A stretch of 64,000 bases of DNA from Marispirochaeta sp. (lineage in GTDB: Bacteria; Spirochaetota; Spirochaetia; JC444; Marispirochaetaceae): NCBI GenBank assembly GCA_963676835.2, contig CAXXFF010000001.1, forward strand, positions 800,001 through 864,000, written 5' to 3'. A program made the position numbers and the translations under genes. The notes under the pieces are model-generated. The model did no database searches and had not been told where the DNA came from. It worked only from the letters and a program-made list of their open reading frames with translations. This document shows, one piece after another, positions 28,771-37,031 of this stretch (the first letter of the stretch is position 1; each line of letters starts with the position of its first letter).

Positions 28771-30318
28771 ATGTCGAGAGCGAGGATTCATGTGAAACAC
28801 ATGCGTAAACTGCTTGCGCTCACGTACGAGAGCAAGCTGGGACTTCGGGATGTATCCCAACTGACCGGAGTATCTAAAACCACAGTCAGCGAATATCTGG
28901 TGCGATTCCGCCGCACCGGGATCAGCTATGCAGCAAGCCAAAAGCTTACCGATGAGCAGCTGCTTGGCCTGTTCGAAGAGAAAAAGCAGGAAGAAAGTGA
29001 GCAGTATACACAACTAACGACACTGTTCCCCGAGTACGCCAAACGGCTGAAACAGCGGGGGATGACGAAGCAGTTCCTATGGAAGGAATACCGTAGAAAG
29101 TATCCAAACGGATATAGATACAGTCAGTTCTGTCACCACTTTACGGTGTTTCTGGACTGCGGTGAGGTGACGATGCGTCAGCCCCACGAGCCTGGAGATA
29201 TGGCATATCTCGACTATGCCGGAGAAACGTTCCCTTACTATCCTGATGGAGATGAGCAGCGGGCACAAATATTCGTTGCGGTACTCGGAGCAAGTCAGCT
29301 GGCCTATGTTGAAGCAAGTGAGAGCCAGAAACAAGAGGCCTTTGTCCGCTCCACAGAACGGGCTCTGAGGTACTTCGGCGGGGTTCCGCGAGCTCTCGTC
29401 CCGGATAACCTGAAGGCGGCCGTGCTCAGTGCGAGTAAATATGAGCCGGAGCTTAATCCGTTGTTCGATGATTTTGCCGATTACTACCGGACGACGATAA
29501 TCCCCGCCAGGGCCTATAAACCGAAAGACAAATCCCTGGCGGAGAATGCCGTCAAGTTAACCTATCAGCGGATATTCGCCCCGCTGTACGGCAAGAGGTT
29601 CCATTCGTTGGCTGAGCTCAACCAGGCCATCGCAGAACTTCTTGAAGAACACAATACCCGGAAACTGACAAAGCTGCAAATCTCACGGCGTCAGTTGTTT
29701 GAAGAGATCGAACGGTCTGCGCTGAAGACGCTGCCGGGCGAACCGTATCCAATGAAATACTTCGAAACTCACAAGGTTGCACCGGACTATCACTTTATCC
29801 TGTCAAAAGATAAGCACTACTACTCTGTTCCCTGGCAGCTGAAGGGAGAACAGGTCAAAGTGATCTTTGATGAGCGAATTATAGCGGTATATCACAAGAA
29901 TGTACGCGTAGCCCAGCACCGCCGGAGCAGAAAGAAAGGACAATACTCCACACAGTCCGCACACATGCCCAGGCACCATCAGTTTGTTGAATCATGGTCG
30001 GCGGAGAAGTTTACCACCTGGGCTCAGTCGATTGGAGAAGAGACGTTCCTGGTGATTTCACATCTATTAAACAGCAAGCCACATGAGCAGCAGGCGTACA
30101 AATCCTGCCTTGGTGTGCTGAACCTGGCAAAGGATGCCGGATCACACCGGCTGAACTGGGCCTGCCGACGTGCGTTGAACTACTCGAGAATCAGTTATCG
30201 GGATGTTCGTGCATATCTGGATGAAATCATGCGACAAGAAAAGGATGAACAGCAGAACAAACAGGTGTTTCTCTTCGCCGATCACAAGAACCTGCGGGAT
30301 TCTGCAATCTACAAATGA
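28771..30318 (+). CDS. istA: IS21 transposase IstA
   Basis: N-terminal HTH; DYAG, VPDNLK, KPKDKSLAENAV; HYYSVP. Confidence 0.95.
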   Translation: MSRARIHVKHMRKLLALTYESKLGLRDVSQLTGVSKTTVSEYLVRFRRTGISYAASQKLTDEQLLGLFEEKKQEESEQYTQLTTLFPEYAKRLKQRGMTKQFLWKEYRRKYPNGYRYSQFCHHFTVFLDCGEVTMRQPHEPGDMAYLDYAGETFPYYPDGDEQRAQIFVAVLGASQLAYVEASESQKQEAFVRSTERALRYFGGVPRALVPDNLKAAVLSASKYEPELNPLFDDFADYYRTTIIPARAYKPKDKSLAENAVKLTYQRIFAPLYGKRFHSLAELNQAIAELLEEHNTRKLTKLQISRRQLFEEIERSALKTLPGEPYPMKYFETHKVAPDYHFILSKDKHYYSVPWQLKGEQVKVIFDERIIAVYHKNVRVAQHRRSRKKGQYSTQSAHMPRHHQFVESWSAEKFTTWAQSIGEETFLVISHLLNSKPHEQQAYKSCLGVLNLAKDAGSHRLNWACRRALNYSRISYRDVRAYLDEIMRQEKDEQQNKQVFLFADHKNLRDSAIYK

Positions 30319-30326
30319 GGTAACCG

Positions 30327-31067
30327 ATGAATAATAATCAGGCGACAATCAACAAGATGACCGAGATGCGTCTCCACGGAATGGTACAGGCCTTCCGTAC
30401 ACTGCAGGAGACCGGACGCCATATGGATCTTACAACCGATGAGGTTATCAGCTACCTTGTCGACTCAGAATGGGATGAGAAACACAATCGCCGACTGGCG
30501 CGCCTTGCCAATGCGGCCCGTTTCCGCTATAAGGCAGCGATTGAAGATATCGACTATACCTTCGACCGGAATCTGGACAAAAACCAGATCTTAAGACTTG
30601 CAGCCTGCTCCTGGATATCCCGGGGGCAGGACCTGCTCATCACGGGTCCGACCGGAGGAGGAAAAAGTTTTCTTGGATCGGCTTTCGGACATCAGGCATG
30701 TCAGTATGGGTATACCGTCGCTTACTTTTCCACAACGCGTTTATTCAATGAAATAGCGGCGGCAAGGGATGATGGAACCTACCTGAAGCACTTGTCACGC
30801 ATAATGAAAAACAAGCTGGTCATTATCGATGACTTCGGTCTGGAACCGCTGGAGCATACTGCACGGATGGCATTTCTTGAAATCCTTGAAGATCGACACC
30901 GGAGAAAATCTACGATAGTGATCGCCCAACAGCCGGTAGAAAACTGGCACAGCATTATCGGTGACCCCACGATTGCCGATGCCATAATGGACCGTCTTGC
31001 CTTTCATTCTCATAGAATTGTAATAACCGGGGACTCGGTAAGGAGGAAACTCTATGCTGTAGATTGA
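30327..31067 (+). CDS. istB: IS21 helper ATPase IstB
   Basis: GPTGGGKS, VIIDDFG, DPTIADAIMDRL, GDSVRR. Confidence 0.96.
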   Translation: MNNNQATINKMTEMRLHGMVQAFRTLQETGRHMDLTTDEVISYLVDSEWDEKHNRRLARLANAARFRYKAAIEDIDYTFDRNLDKNQILRLAACSWISRGQDLLITGPTGGGKSFLGSAFGHQACQYGYTVAYFSTTRLFNEIAAARDDGTYLKHLSRIMKNKLVIIDDFGLEPLEHTARMAFLEILEDRHRRKSTIVIAQQPVENWHSIIGDPTIADAIMDRLAFHSHRIVITGDSVRRKLYAVD

Positions 31068-31675
31068 CGCAAAACGGACACCTGATCATACTGAAGACGA
31101 GGATTTACTTCCTTCAGGCAGCTGTCCGTTTTCCGCCGGAATCACTGTCCGAAATCATCGGAATACACATACTAGGTAGAACATCTTCACTACTAATTAG
31201 AAACTGCTTTTGTATATAGCCGATATCATTCTGGTAATAGAATGTTCTGTGAATAACCTGCTTGATGGGACTATCGGAGGGCAAGGAGCTGATATCACGG
31301 GTTTCGGTGATTTCTCCTGTTTGGTAATCATAGGTAAGAAGTTTTTTCTTGTTATCTGATAGAATCAGATAAGTTTGCTCAAGAGGGCCAAGCCCCCATT
31401 TATAGCCAGTAAAAGGTATAATACTTAAGCTATTGTCTAAGAAATTTACTCTTGAGAAAGAACGTGGGGGATTCTGCCCACTTCCAAATGATCCAAAAAA
31501 ATCTTTTTGCGTATTCGAATATCTTAAAATATCAATATTCCCTGTATCTTTATACCCAGTAATTTTCTTTGACATCTGTGAGATTATAGAAAAATCAAAT
31601 TCCTGACTGAACAACGAAAAAGGGAAAAGCAACATTATTAAAGTTATAATTCCAATTGTATTTCGAAGTATTTTA

Positions 31676-33202
31676 TCATTCTGCATAATTTATCTCCCGC
31701 AGGCTATCCCATCTGTCGGATCTGAAAATATTGTCCATAGTTAAACTCTTATTATCCTCAATATTGACTTCATCAATACGCTGTTGAATGGCTTCCCTGA
31801 AGTATATCCAGGTGTGCTGCATACTGTATTGCTCAATCGGCTCAAGCCAGCCTCGTGTATAATCCGCACCTCCACCAAGGCTGTTTATCAGGATTCCAGC
31901 ATTGGATTCAGACTGAAAAAGCGACTTACACGCATACTCATCTTCATCATCCAATAAGCGTGCCCACCATCCGTATAATGGGTATGCATCAGACTGGCTC
32001 CCGGACTCAACCTCCCCCAAAAGATGGTCACTAAAACAGGACAGCGGATCCACTCTTAACCAGTCATTAGAATCACTGAAATACTCATACACCTCCAGAT
32101 GTGCATGAAATGGCACATCATCTCCCAAAACTCCGACATACGCCAGGGGGGTACCAGCAGTAACCATCTGAGGGTGAGTAGGATCAGGATATTCTGAGAA
32201 TGCAGAAAATTCCCCAAATACCGAATATTCACCATTGTAAGGAAGATTGGAAATATAACTGTTTCCCTTGTCTCCAAGGTGGGCAAAAAGATACACCCGT
32301 CCATCTGTAGGACTATCGGGTCGAGTAATCAGCACCCCAATTAAGCCATAGTATTTTCCACTATAGCTTCCAATAGAGTTATCTGAGTCTAATTCTCCCT
32401 GCATATCTCGAAGAAACAATTCAGAGGAAGTAGCCCATTCTTCTTCATCGTTTGATGGATTCCAGACATAAAATAGTCCATCCTCTGGTGCAAGAATCTT
32501 AACTTCCCGATTTTCACCATTCGTAGGAGCAATGGATGTAGACCAGCGAGATAAATCAACACCGGTATGGTAACTGAGAGAGTGGTTTGCAGCATTATCA
32601 GACCCTCTGTTTCTCCAGCCACTCAACTGCGTTACCAATGCAGGTATTTTCTGCAATGTATCCCCGGAGCCTGTACCGAGAAGAGCCTGATCAGCTCGAT
32701 AGCTGAACGAAGTAGCCGGCAATTCGCGATGGTAGTACTGATTTTTTTCTATTTCTGAACTTACTATAACCTTCCCAGAAACCAAATTCTCTACAATCTT
32801 CTTATTTTGATCAACTATAGTTACATCCGAGTTTTCATGCTCGACTTTTACAACACCCCGCGGCACCTCCGTCGCCGGCGGATAATAACTCCTCAATTTA
32901 ACCTTATACTCATCCAGCAACTCCCACCCCGGCTTCTCCCCCGCCGCGCTCAGCTCCCCGGTCGCACTCTTCTTCAAGAGCCGCCGGGCATGGTATTTAC
33001 CCGGTTCCAGGCTGAAGCCGCCGAAGCCCCCTGCGGGGTTGCCCCAGGTTGCAAGGCTCACCTGACGCAGGCTGCGGTTTACGGATATCAGGTAGATGCT
33101 GTTCATGTAGTCCTGGGTGGTGGCGCTGCTGTCGAGACAATTATTTTTTAAAGGTTTTTCGCTTCTCATTTTTTCATTGCTTTTTTTAATTAGATATCTC
33201 AA
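31676..33202 (-). CDS. M23 peptidase cassette A (homology to cassette B begins at 33136; 5' end non-homologous)
   Basis: YHTGVD (HxxxD), YLFAHL, AGTPLAYVG, HAHLEV (HxH), RVDPL. Confidence 0.8.
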   Translation of the reverse strand: MRYLIKKSNEKMRSEKPLKNNCLDSSATTQDYMNSIYLISVNRSLRQVSLATWGNPAGGFGGFSLEPGKYHARRLLKKSATGELSAAGEKPGWELLDEYKVKLRSYYPPATEVPRGVVKVEHENSDVTIVDQNKKIVENLVSGKVIVSSEIEKNQYYHRELPATSFSYRADQALLGTGSGDTLQKIPALVTQLSGWRNRGSDNAANHSLSYHTGVDLSRWSTSIAPTNGENREVKILAPEDGLFYVWNPSNDEEEWATSSELFLRDMQGELDSDNSIGSYSGKYYGLIGVLITRPDSPTDGRVYLFAHLGDKGNSYISNLPYNGEYSVFGEFSAFSEYPDPTHPQMVTAGTPLAYVGVLGDDVPFHAHLEVYEYFSDSNDWLRVDPLSCFSDHLLGEVESGSQSDAYPLYGWWARLLDDEDEYACKSLFQSESNAGILINSLGGGADYTRGWLEPIEQYSMQHTWIYFREAIQQRIDEVNIEDNKSLTMDNIFRSDRWDSLREINYAE

Positions 33203-33221
33203 GACAAAGTAAAAGTTTTTC

Positions 33222-33539
33222 TTATAAGAACAAGCTCAAGTAGGGAAACTGGCTCTCCTGATTATTATACCACCTGCTTTTTTCTGCAAAATTAACCACC
33301 TTTCCAGTGGCCAGATAATATAAATGCTCCGGTGCGATATCCAGTTCACCATCCCCCCAAACAAGAGTTCCAAACTCTACCCGGTAGGACAGGAAATACT
33401 CTTTATCTGCAAATCTTTCAAATACATTGTTCTGGTTTAAATACGAAGACAAATCTACAAAACCGGAATTACCATCATTGAAAGAAAGCTTCAGCCTGTA
33501 ATTATCTATATACTCTGCAGTCTTGATCTCAAAATACAT
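33222..33539 (-). CDS. DUF2442 antitoxin-like protein
   Basis: YIDNYRLKLSFNDG...GTLVWGDGELDIAPEHLY. Confidence 0.88.
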   Translation of the reverse strand: MYFEIKTAEYIDNYRLKLSFNDGNSGFVDLSSYLNQNNVFERFADKEYFLSYRVEFGTLVWGDGELDIAPEHLYYLATGKVVNFAEKSRWYNNQESQFPYLSLFL

Positions 33540-33548
33540 CTCTGTCTC

Positions 33549-33808
33549 CTATTGAAGCGGCTCTATTTTAAAAAGCTCTTGTTTCTACTCGACCCGGTTC
33601 CATTCCTCCAGAAGTTCATCTTTATGGATTACAGCCCATTCAACTACAAGAGCAAGCGCTTTGGGAGAAAGGGAACACTGAAGGACACGAAGATCATTAA
33701 TAGCGATAAGCGCTGATGCTCATTGTAATAAGCATGAAAACGCGGAGGATTATGTTCATCATAAAACATTCGTATAAATATTCCGTAGAAAACATTTATC
33801 GTCGGCAT
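33549..33808 (-). pseudogene. DUF4160 toxin pseudogene
   Basis: MPTINVFYGIFIRMFYDEHNPPRFHAYY; frameshift near 33713, in-frame TAG at 33585-33587; downstream frame gives VVEWAVIHKDELLEEW...KIEPLQ. Confidence 0.82.
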
Positions 33809-33863
33809 AATATGAATATATCATCTGAGACAGAATATGTCTCTTTATGTTTTCCTTCCATTT

Positions 33864-33944
33864 GCTGCTTTCGACTGCGGCTTCCTTCGACACCGCTCAG
33901 GCACCATTGGTGCGACGCGGGGTGCGGGTCCTTCGACTACGCTC
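33864..33944. repeat. REP-like hairpin repeat, cluster 4 (degenerate)
   Basis: ctgctttcgactgcgg, ccttcgacaccgctcaggcacc, ccttcgactacgctc. Confidence 0.75.
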
Positions 33945-33961
33945 TAACACATAAAAACTCT

Positions 33962-34651
33962 TCACCCCGAAACTCCAAGCAGGACTGGCAAAATATCCTG
34001 CGCCGGGCCCGTATAGGATTCATCAAAATACTGTTCATAATCATTATGATCCATGTTTATCATGATTCTGTAGGAATTCTCAAACTGTGCGGCCCGGAGG
34101 AATGTGGAAAGGGATGTAACTTTGCCGGAGGTTCCTATCACAAGAAACAGATCACAGCCCCGCATTGCACGCTTTGCCCGATACTCGCTGTCAAAATGGG
34201 GAGATTCATTGAACAGGGTAACCCCCGGCCGCAGGCCGCTGCCGCATTCGGGACATATTATTCCGGGATAATCTGCCTGACTAAAGGTACATTCTGTGCA
34301 AAGAACACTGTGGATATTGTCATGATACTCTATTACATTAGCGGAGCCCGCCTTCTGATGAAAGCCGTCAATATTCTGGGTAATTATGGTACCCCCCACT
34401 CTACTCAACAGATCATGAATGGAATTCGGCTTTGCTGCTTCAATTACAGTTTTTAACTTATTGATAATTTCCCAGGACTCTTCAGGGTACTTATTAAAGC
34501 TGTCTGCACTCATGTATTTCTGGACATCAACAGTATTCCAGTATCCGTCATCGCCGCGAAAGGTCGGAACACCGGAAGGAGCAGAAACACCTGCGCCGGT
34601 AAAAACCACAATATTGTTATATCTGTTTAAATCAAGCTTTTTAACCTGCAC
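33962..34651 (-). CDS. cobB: Sir2/CobB-family NAD-dependent deacylase
   Basis: TGAGVSAPSGVPTFRG, TQNIDGFHQKAG, CxxC/CxxC zinc site, LRPGVTLFNE, GTSGKV. Confidence 0.85.
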   Translation of the reverse strand: MQVKKLDLNRYNNIVVFTGAGVSAPSGVPTFRGDDGYWNTVDVQKYMSADSFNKYPEESWEIINKLKTVIEAAKPNSIHDLLSRVGGTIITQNIDGFHQKAGSANVIEYHDNIHSVLCTECTFSQADYPGIICPECGSGLRPGVTLFNESPHFDSEYRAKRAMRGCDLFLVIGTSGKVTSLSTFLRAAQFENSYRIMINMDHNDYEQYFDESYTGPAQDILPVLLGVSG

Positions 34652-34790
34652 GGCAACTCCAGACTGTTTTTACATAGAGGTTTTTTACCTTTCTATTATC
34701 GCAGAATACCCTGTTATCTTTTTTCTGTCATTTCTTTTCTTTTTTCAAAGAAACTGTGAAGCATTGTTAAGATTCTGCAGTTTCAATTAG

Positions 34791-37031
34791 ATGATGAAAC
34801 TATATGCGTATCGCAACTATATTTGTGCTCTTTCCATAATTCTCCCGGTGTGGCTTTCTGCCGCACCGTCCCTGGACCGTCTGACCTTCCGCAACCAGCC
34901 GGTCACCGACATTCTCATGGCCCTGGCAGACATAGGCAATATCTCCATAATCCCCGACGAAACCGTCGAAGGCAGCGCAACCTACCAGTTCAACACCCTG
35001 GATTTTACCACCGCACTGCAGGTATTCCTCACCACCTACAAACTCTACAGCGAAGAACGGAACGGTGTGCTTTATGTGTCACGTATTCACTCTGCATATG
35101 ACAGCGCTGCAGGACAGGTTTCCTTGCATGGGGAGGATGTGGAACTGCGCCTTCTGGTGCGTGCCCTCTCCCGGGCAATGGGCAAAACCATCCTCTTCGA
35201 TGCCCTGCCCAATGAACGAATCAGTGTGCATATCGATTCCCTTCCGCCGGAAAAGGCTCTGGAAGTGCTAACCGCCCGGCTTTCGAACCACCAGTTGGAA
35301 GCAAAGGATGACTTTTTCTACATCCGCCGGCAGGAGAGCCAGACGGGAAGCACTCCCAGAAGAGGCAGCCTGGTGCAGCAGAACGCTGACGGCAGCTATA
35401 CAGTGGATCTTGAGCGGGTCCGCTTCCGGGACATTCTTGCGGAGTTGTTTACCGCTCAGAACAAAGAGTACAGCCTGCTCATGCGGGGGGATTCGGTGCT
35501 GGAGGAGCTGCGCTTTGCGGACAAATCCTTTGACGAATTGCTTGGCCTTGTTCTGGAGCAGGCAAACGGCGACTATCAGATTGCGGGAAACATCTACTAT
35601 ATATTTGAAATCCAGCGGAGGGATGTGCTTAAACGACTGAAGGCTACCGTCACCATCCCCCTAAACCATATTCCTGCCCAGTCTGTTGCCGGGCTTCTGC
35701 CCTCCGATTTGAGCAGTGCCAACCTGATGAAGGTGGATGCCGAATCCAACACCATTATTTTACGGGGAAGTCCTGCGGAGACAGGTCCGTTGGAAGAGTT
35801 TATCCGCTCCCTGGACAAGCCCCTTGAAAACCTTGCCTACCGGCGCTACGACCTGGGCTATGTGGATGTTACCAGCGCCCTGAATCTGCTGCCTGCCCGG
35901 TTCAGCTCTCTGGGGCCCAAGGTTATCAACGATACCAACTCCTTTGTTGTTGCCGTAAGTCCGAATCAGGAAAAGGAGCTGACTGTTTTTCTCTCCACCC
36001 TGGATGTCCCCGCAGGGCAGTATCCGGTACACCTGAAGTTTATTACCTCCGAAACCCTGCTGAAATCCCTGCCCCCGGCGGCAGCAAAGGAGGAGATTGT
36101 CTCCACCGTGGACCCCACCCTGATCTTCTACACCGGCCCGGAAAACCGCAGGGAGCAGTTTTTAGAACAGCTTGCCCTTATAGACCAGCCGGTGCCCCAG
36201 ATTCGCTACGACCTTCTGGTAATTCAGTATCAGAACGGCGAGAGCCTCAACTGGAGTTCCAACTACGAAAACAAGGTATCAGAGGAGGGCCAGGAGACTA
36301 CTTTCCTGGGCTCCATCGGCTCCCTTTTAAGCCTTAATTTCGACATTGTCTCCAACTTCGGCTACCTCTTTGCGGTGGATCTTAGCCTGGACTTGAGTGA
36401 AACAAAGGCCACTATCATGGCGGACACCACCCTCAACGGACTTTCCGGGGAGGACCTCAAGTTTCAGAACACCAACACCTACCGCTACCGGGACTACGAA
36501 ATAGATGCGGATACCGGGGAAATACAGTCCACCGGGGTTACCCGGGAACTCACCTCGGGGCTCATAATAACCCTCAACGGCTGGGTCTCCGGGGACGGCA
36601 TGATTACCATGGACATTGCCGCCACCGTAAGCCGCCAGGGCTCCGAGTCATCCACCACCAATCCGCCTACCACCACGGAAAAGGTGGTCTCCACCCATGT
36701 GCGAACTCCTTCGGGAAAGCCGGTGGTCATCGGCGGGCTTATTCAGCAGGATGAGGATGTTTCCATAAGCAAAACTCCCTTTTTAGGCGACATTCCCCTT
36801 ATAGGGCGACTGTTTCAGAGCCGCACCGAAAGCACCGACACCACCGAGATGGTTATCTATGTGGTACCCCACGTAGAGCATCCGGAAAAAGAGAAGGTGA
36901 GCTCCATGGAGGAGGCCCGCCGCCTCTATGCCAAATATCTGCTTCCCGAAGAAGAGCAGAACAGAGACCAGAACAGAGAAAAGAATACAGAGACAGAAGA
37001 TAGAGCAGCAATAAAAGAGGCAGCGGAATGA
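34791..37031 (+). CDS. gspD: Secretin (GspD/PilQ family)
   Basis: N-domain repeats; C-terminal secretin signature VIGGLI...PFLGDIPLIGRLF. Confidence 0.88.
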   Translation: MMKLYAYRNYICALSIILPVWLSAAPSLDRLTFRNQPVTDILMALADIGNISIIPDETVEGSATYQFNTLDFTTALQVFLTTYKLYSEERNGVLYVSRIHSAYDSAAGQVSLHGEDVELRLLVRALSRAMGKTILFDALPNERISVHIDSLPPEKALEVLTARLSNHQLEAKDDFFYIRRQESQTGSTPRRGSLVQQNADGSYTVDLERVRFRDILAELFTAQNKEYSLLMRGDSVLEELRFADKSFDELLGLVLEQANGDYQIAGNIYYIFEIQRRDVLKRLKATVTIPLNHIPAQSVAGLLPSDLSSANLMKVDAESNTIILRGSPAETGPLEEFIRSLDKPLENLAYRRYDLGYVDVTSALNLLPARFSSLGPKVINDTNSFVVAVSPNQEKELTVFLSTLDVPAGQYPVHLKFITSETLLKSLPPAAAKEEIVSTVDPTLIFYTGPENRREQFLEQLALIDQPVPQIRYDLLVIQYQNGESLNWSSNYENKVSEEGQETTFLGSIGSLLSLNFDIVSNFGYLFAVDLSLDLSETKATIMADTTLNGLSGEDLKFQNTNTYRYRDYEIDADTGEIQSTGVTRELTSGLIITLNGWVSGDGMITMDIAATVSRQGSESSTTNPPTTTEKVVSTHVRTPSGKPVVIGGLIQQDEDVSISKTPFLGDIPLIGRLFQSRTESTDTTEMVIYVVPHVEHPEKEKVSSMEEARRLYAKYLLPEEEQNRDQNREKNTETEDRAAIKEAAE

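Larger units (their letters stand above)
28573..31169 (+). mobile_element. IS21-family insertion sequence
   Basis: Ends TGTGTA.../...TACACA, multiple subterminal CGGACA repeats, 4-bp target duplication TACT (28569-28572, 31170-31173), istA-istB. Confidence 0.95.
27772..31686 (-). pseudogene. Secreted SH3b-terminated partner of cassette A (about 437 aa), interrupted by an IS21 element
   Basis: 31686-31170 joined to 28568-27772 reads ...EDVLPS|KIGVLDF... in frame; paralogue of 23504-24787. Confidence 0.88.

Noticed and set aside
33962..34651. Sir2 anti-phage effector (Thoeris/DSR-type)
   Set aside because: Short, zinc-finger-containing classical CobB-type sirtuin with no partner defence genes.
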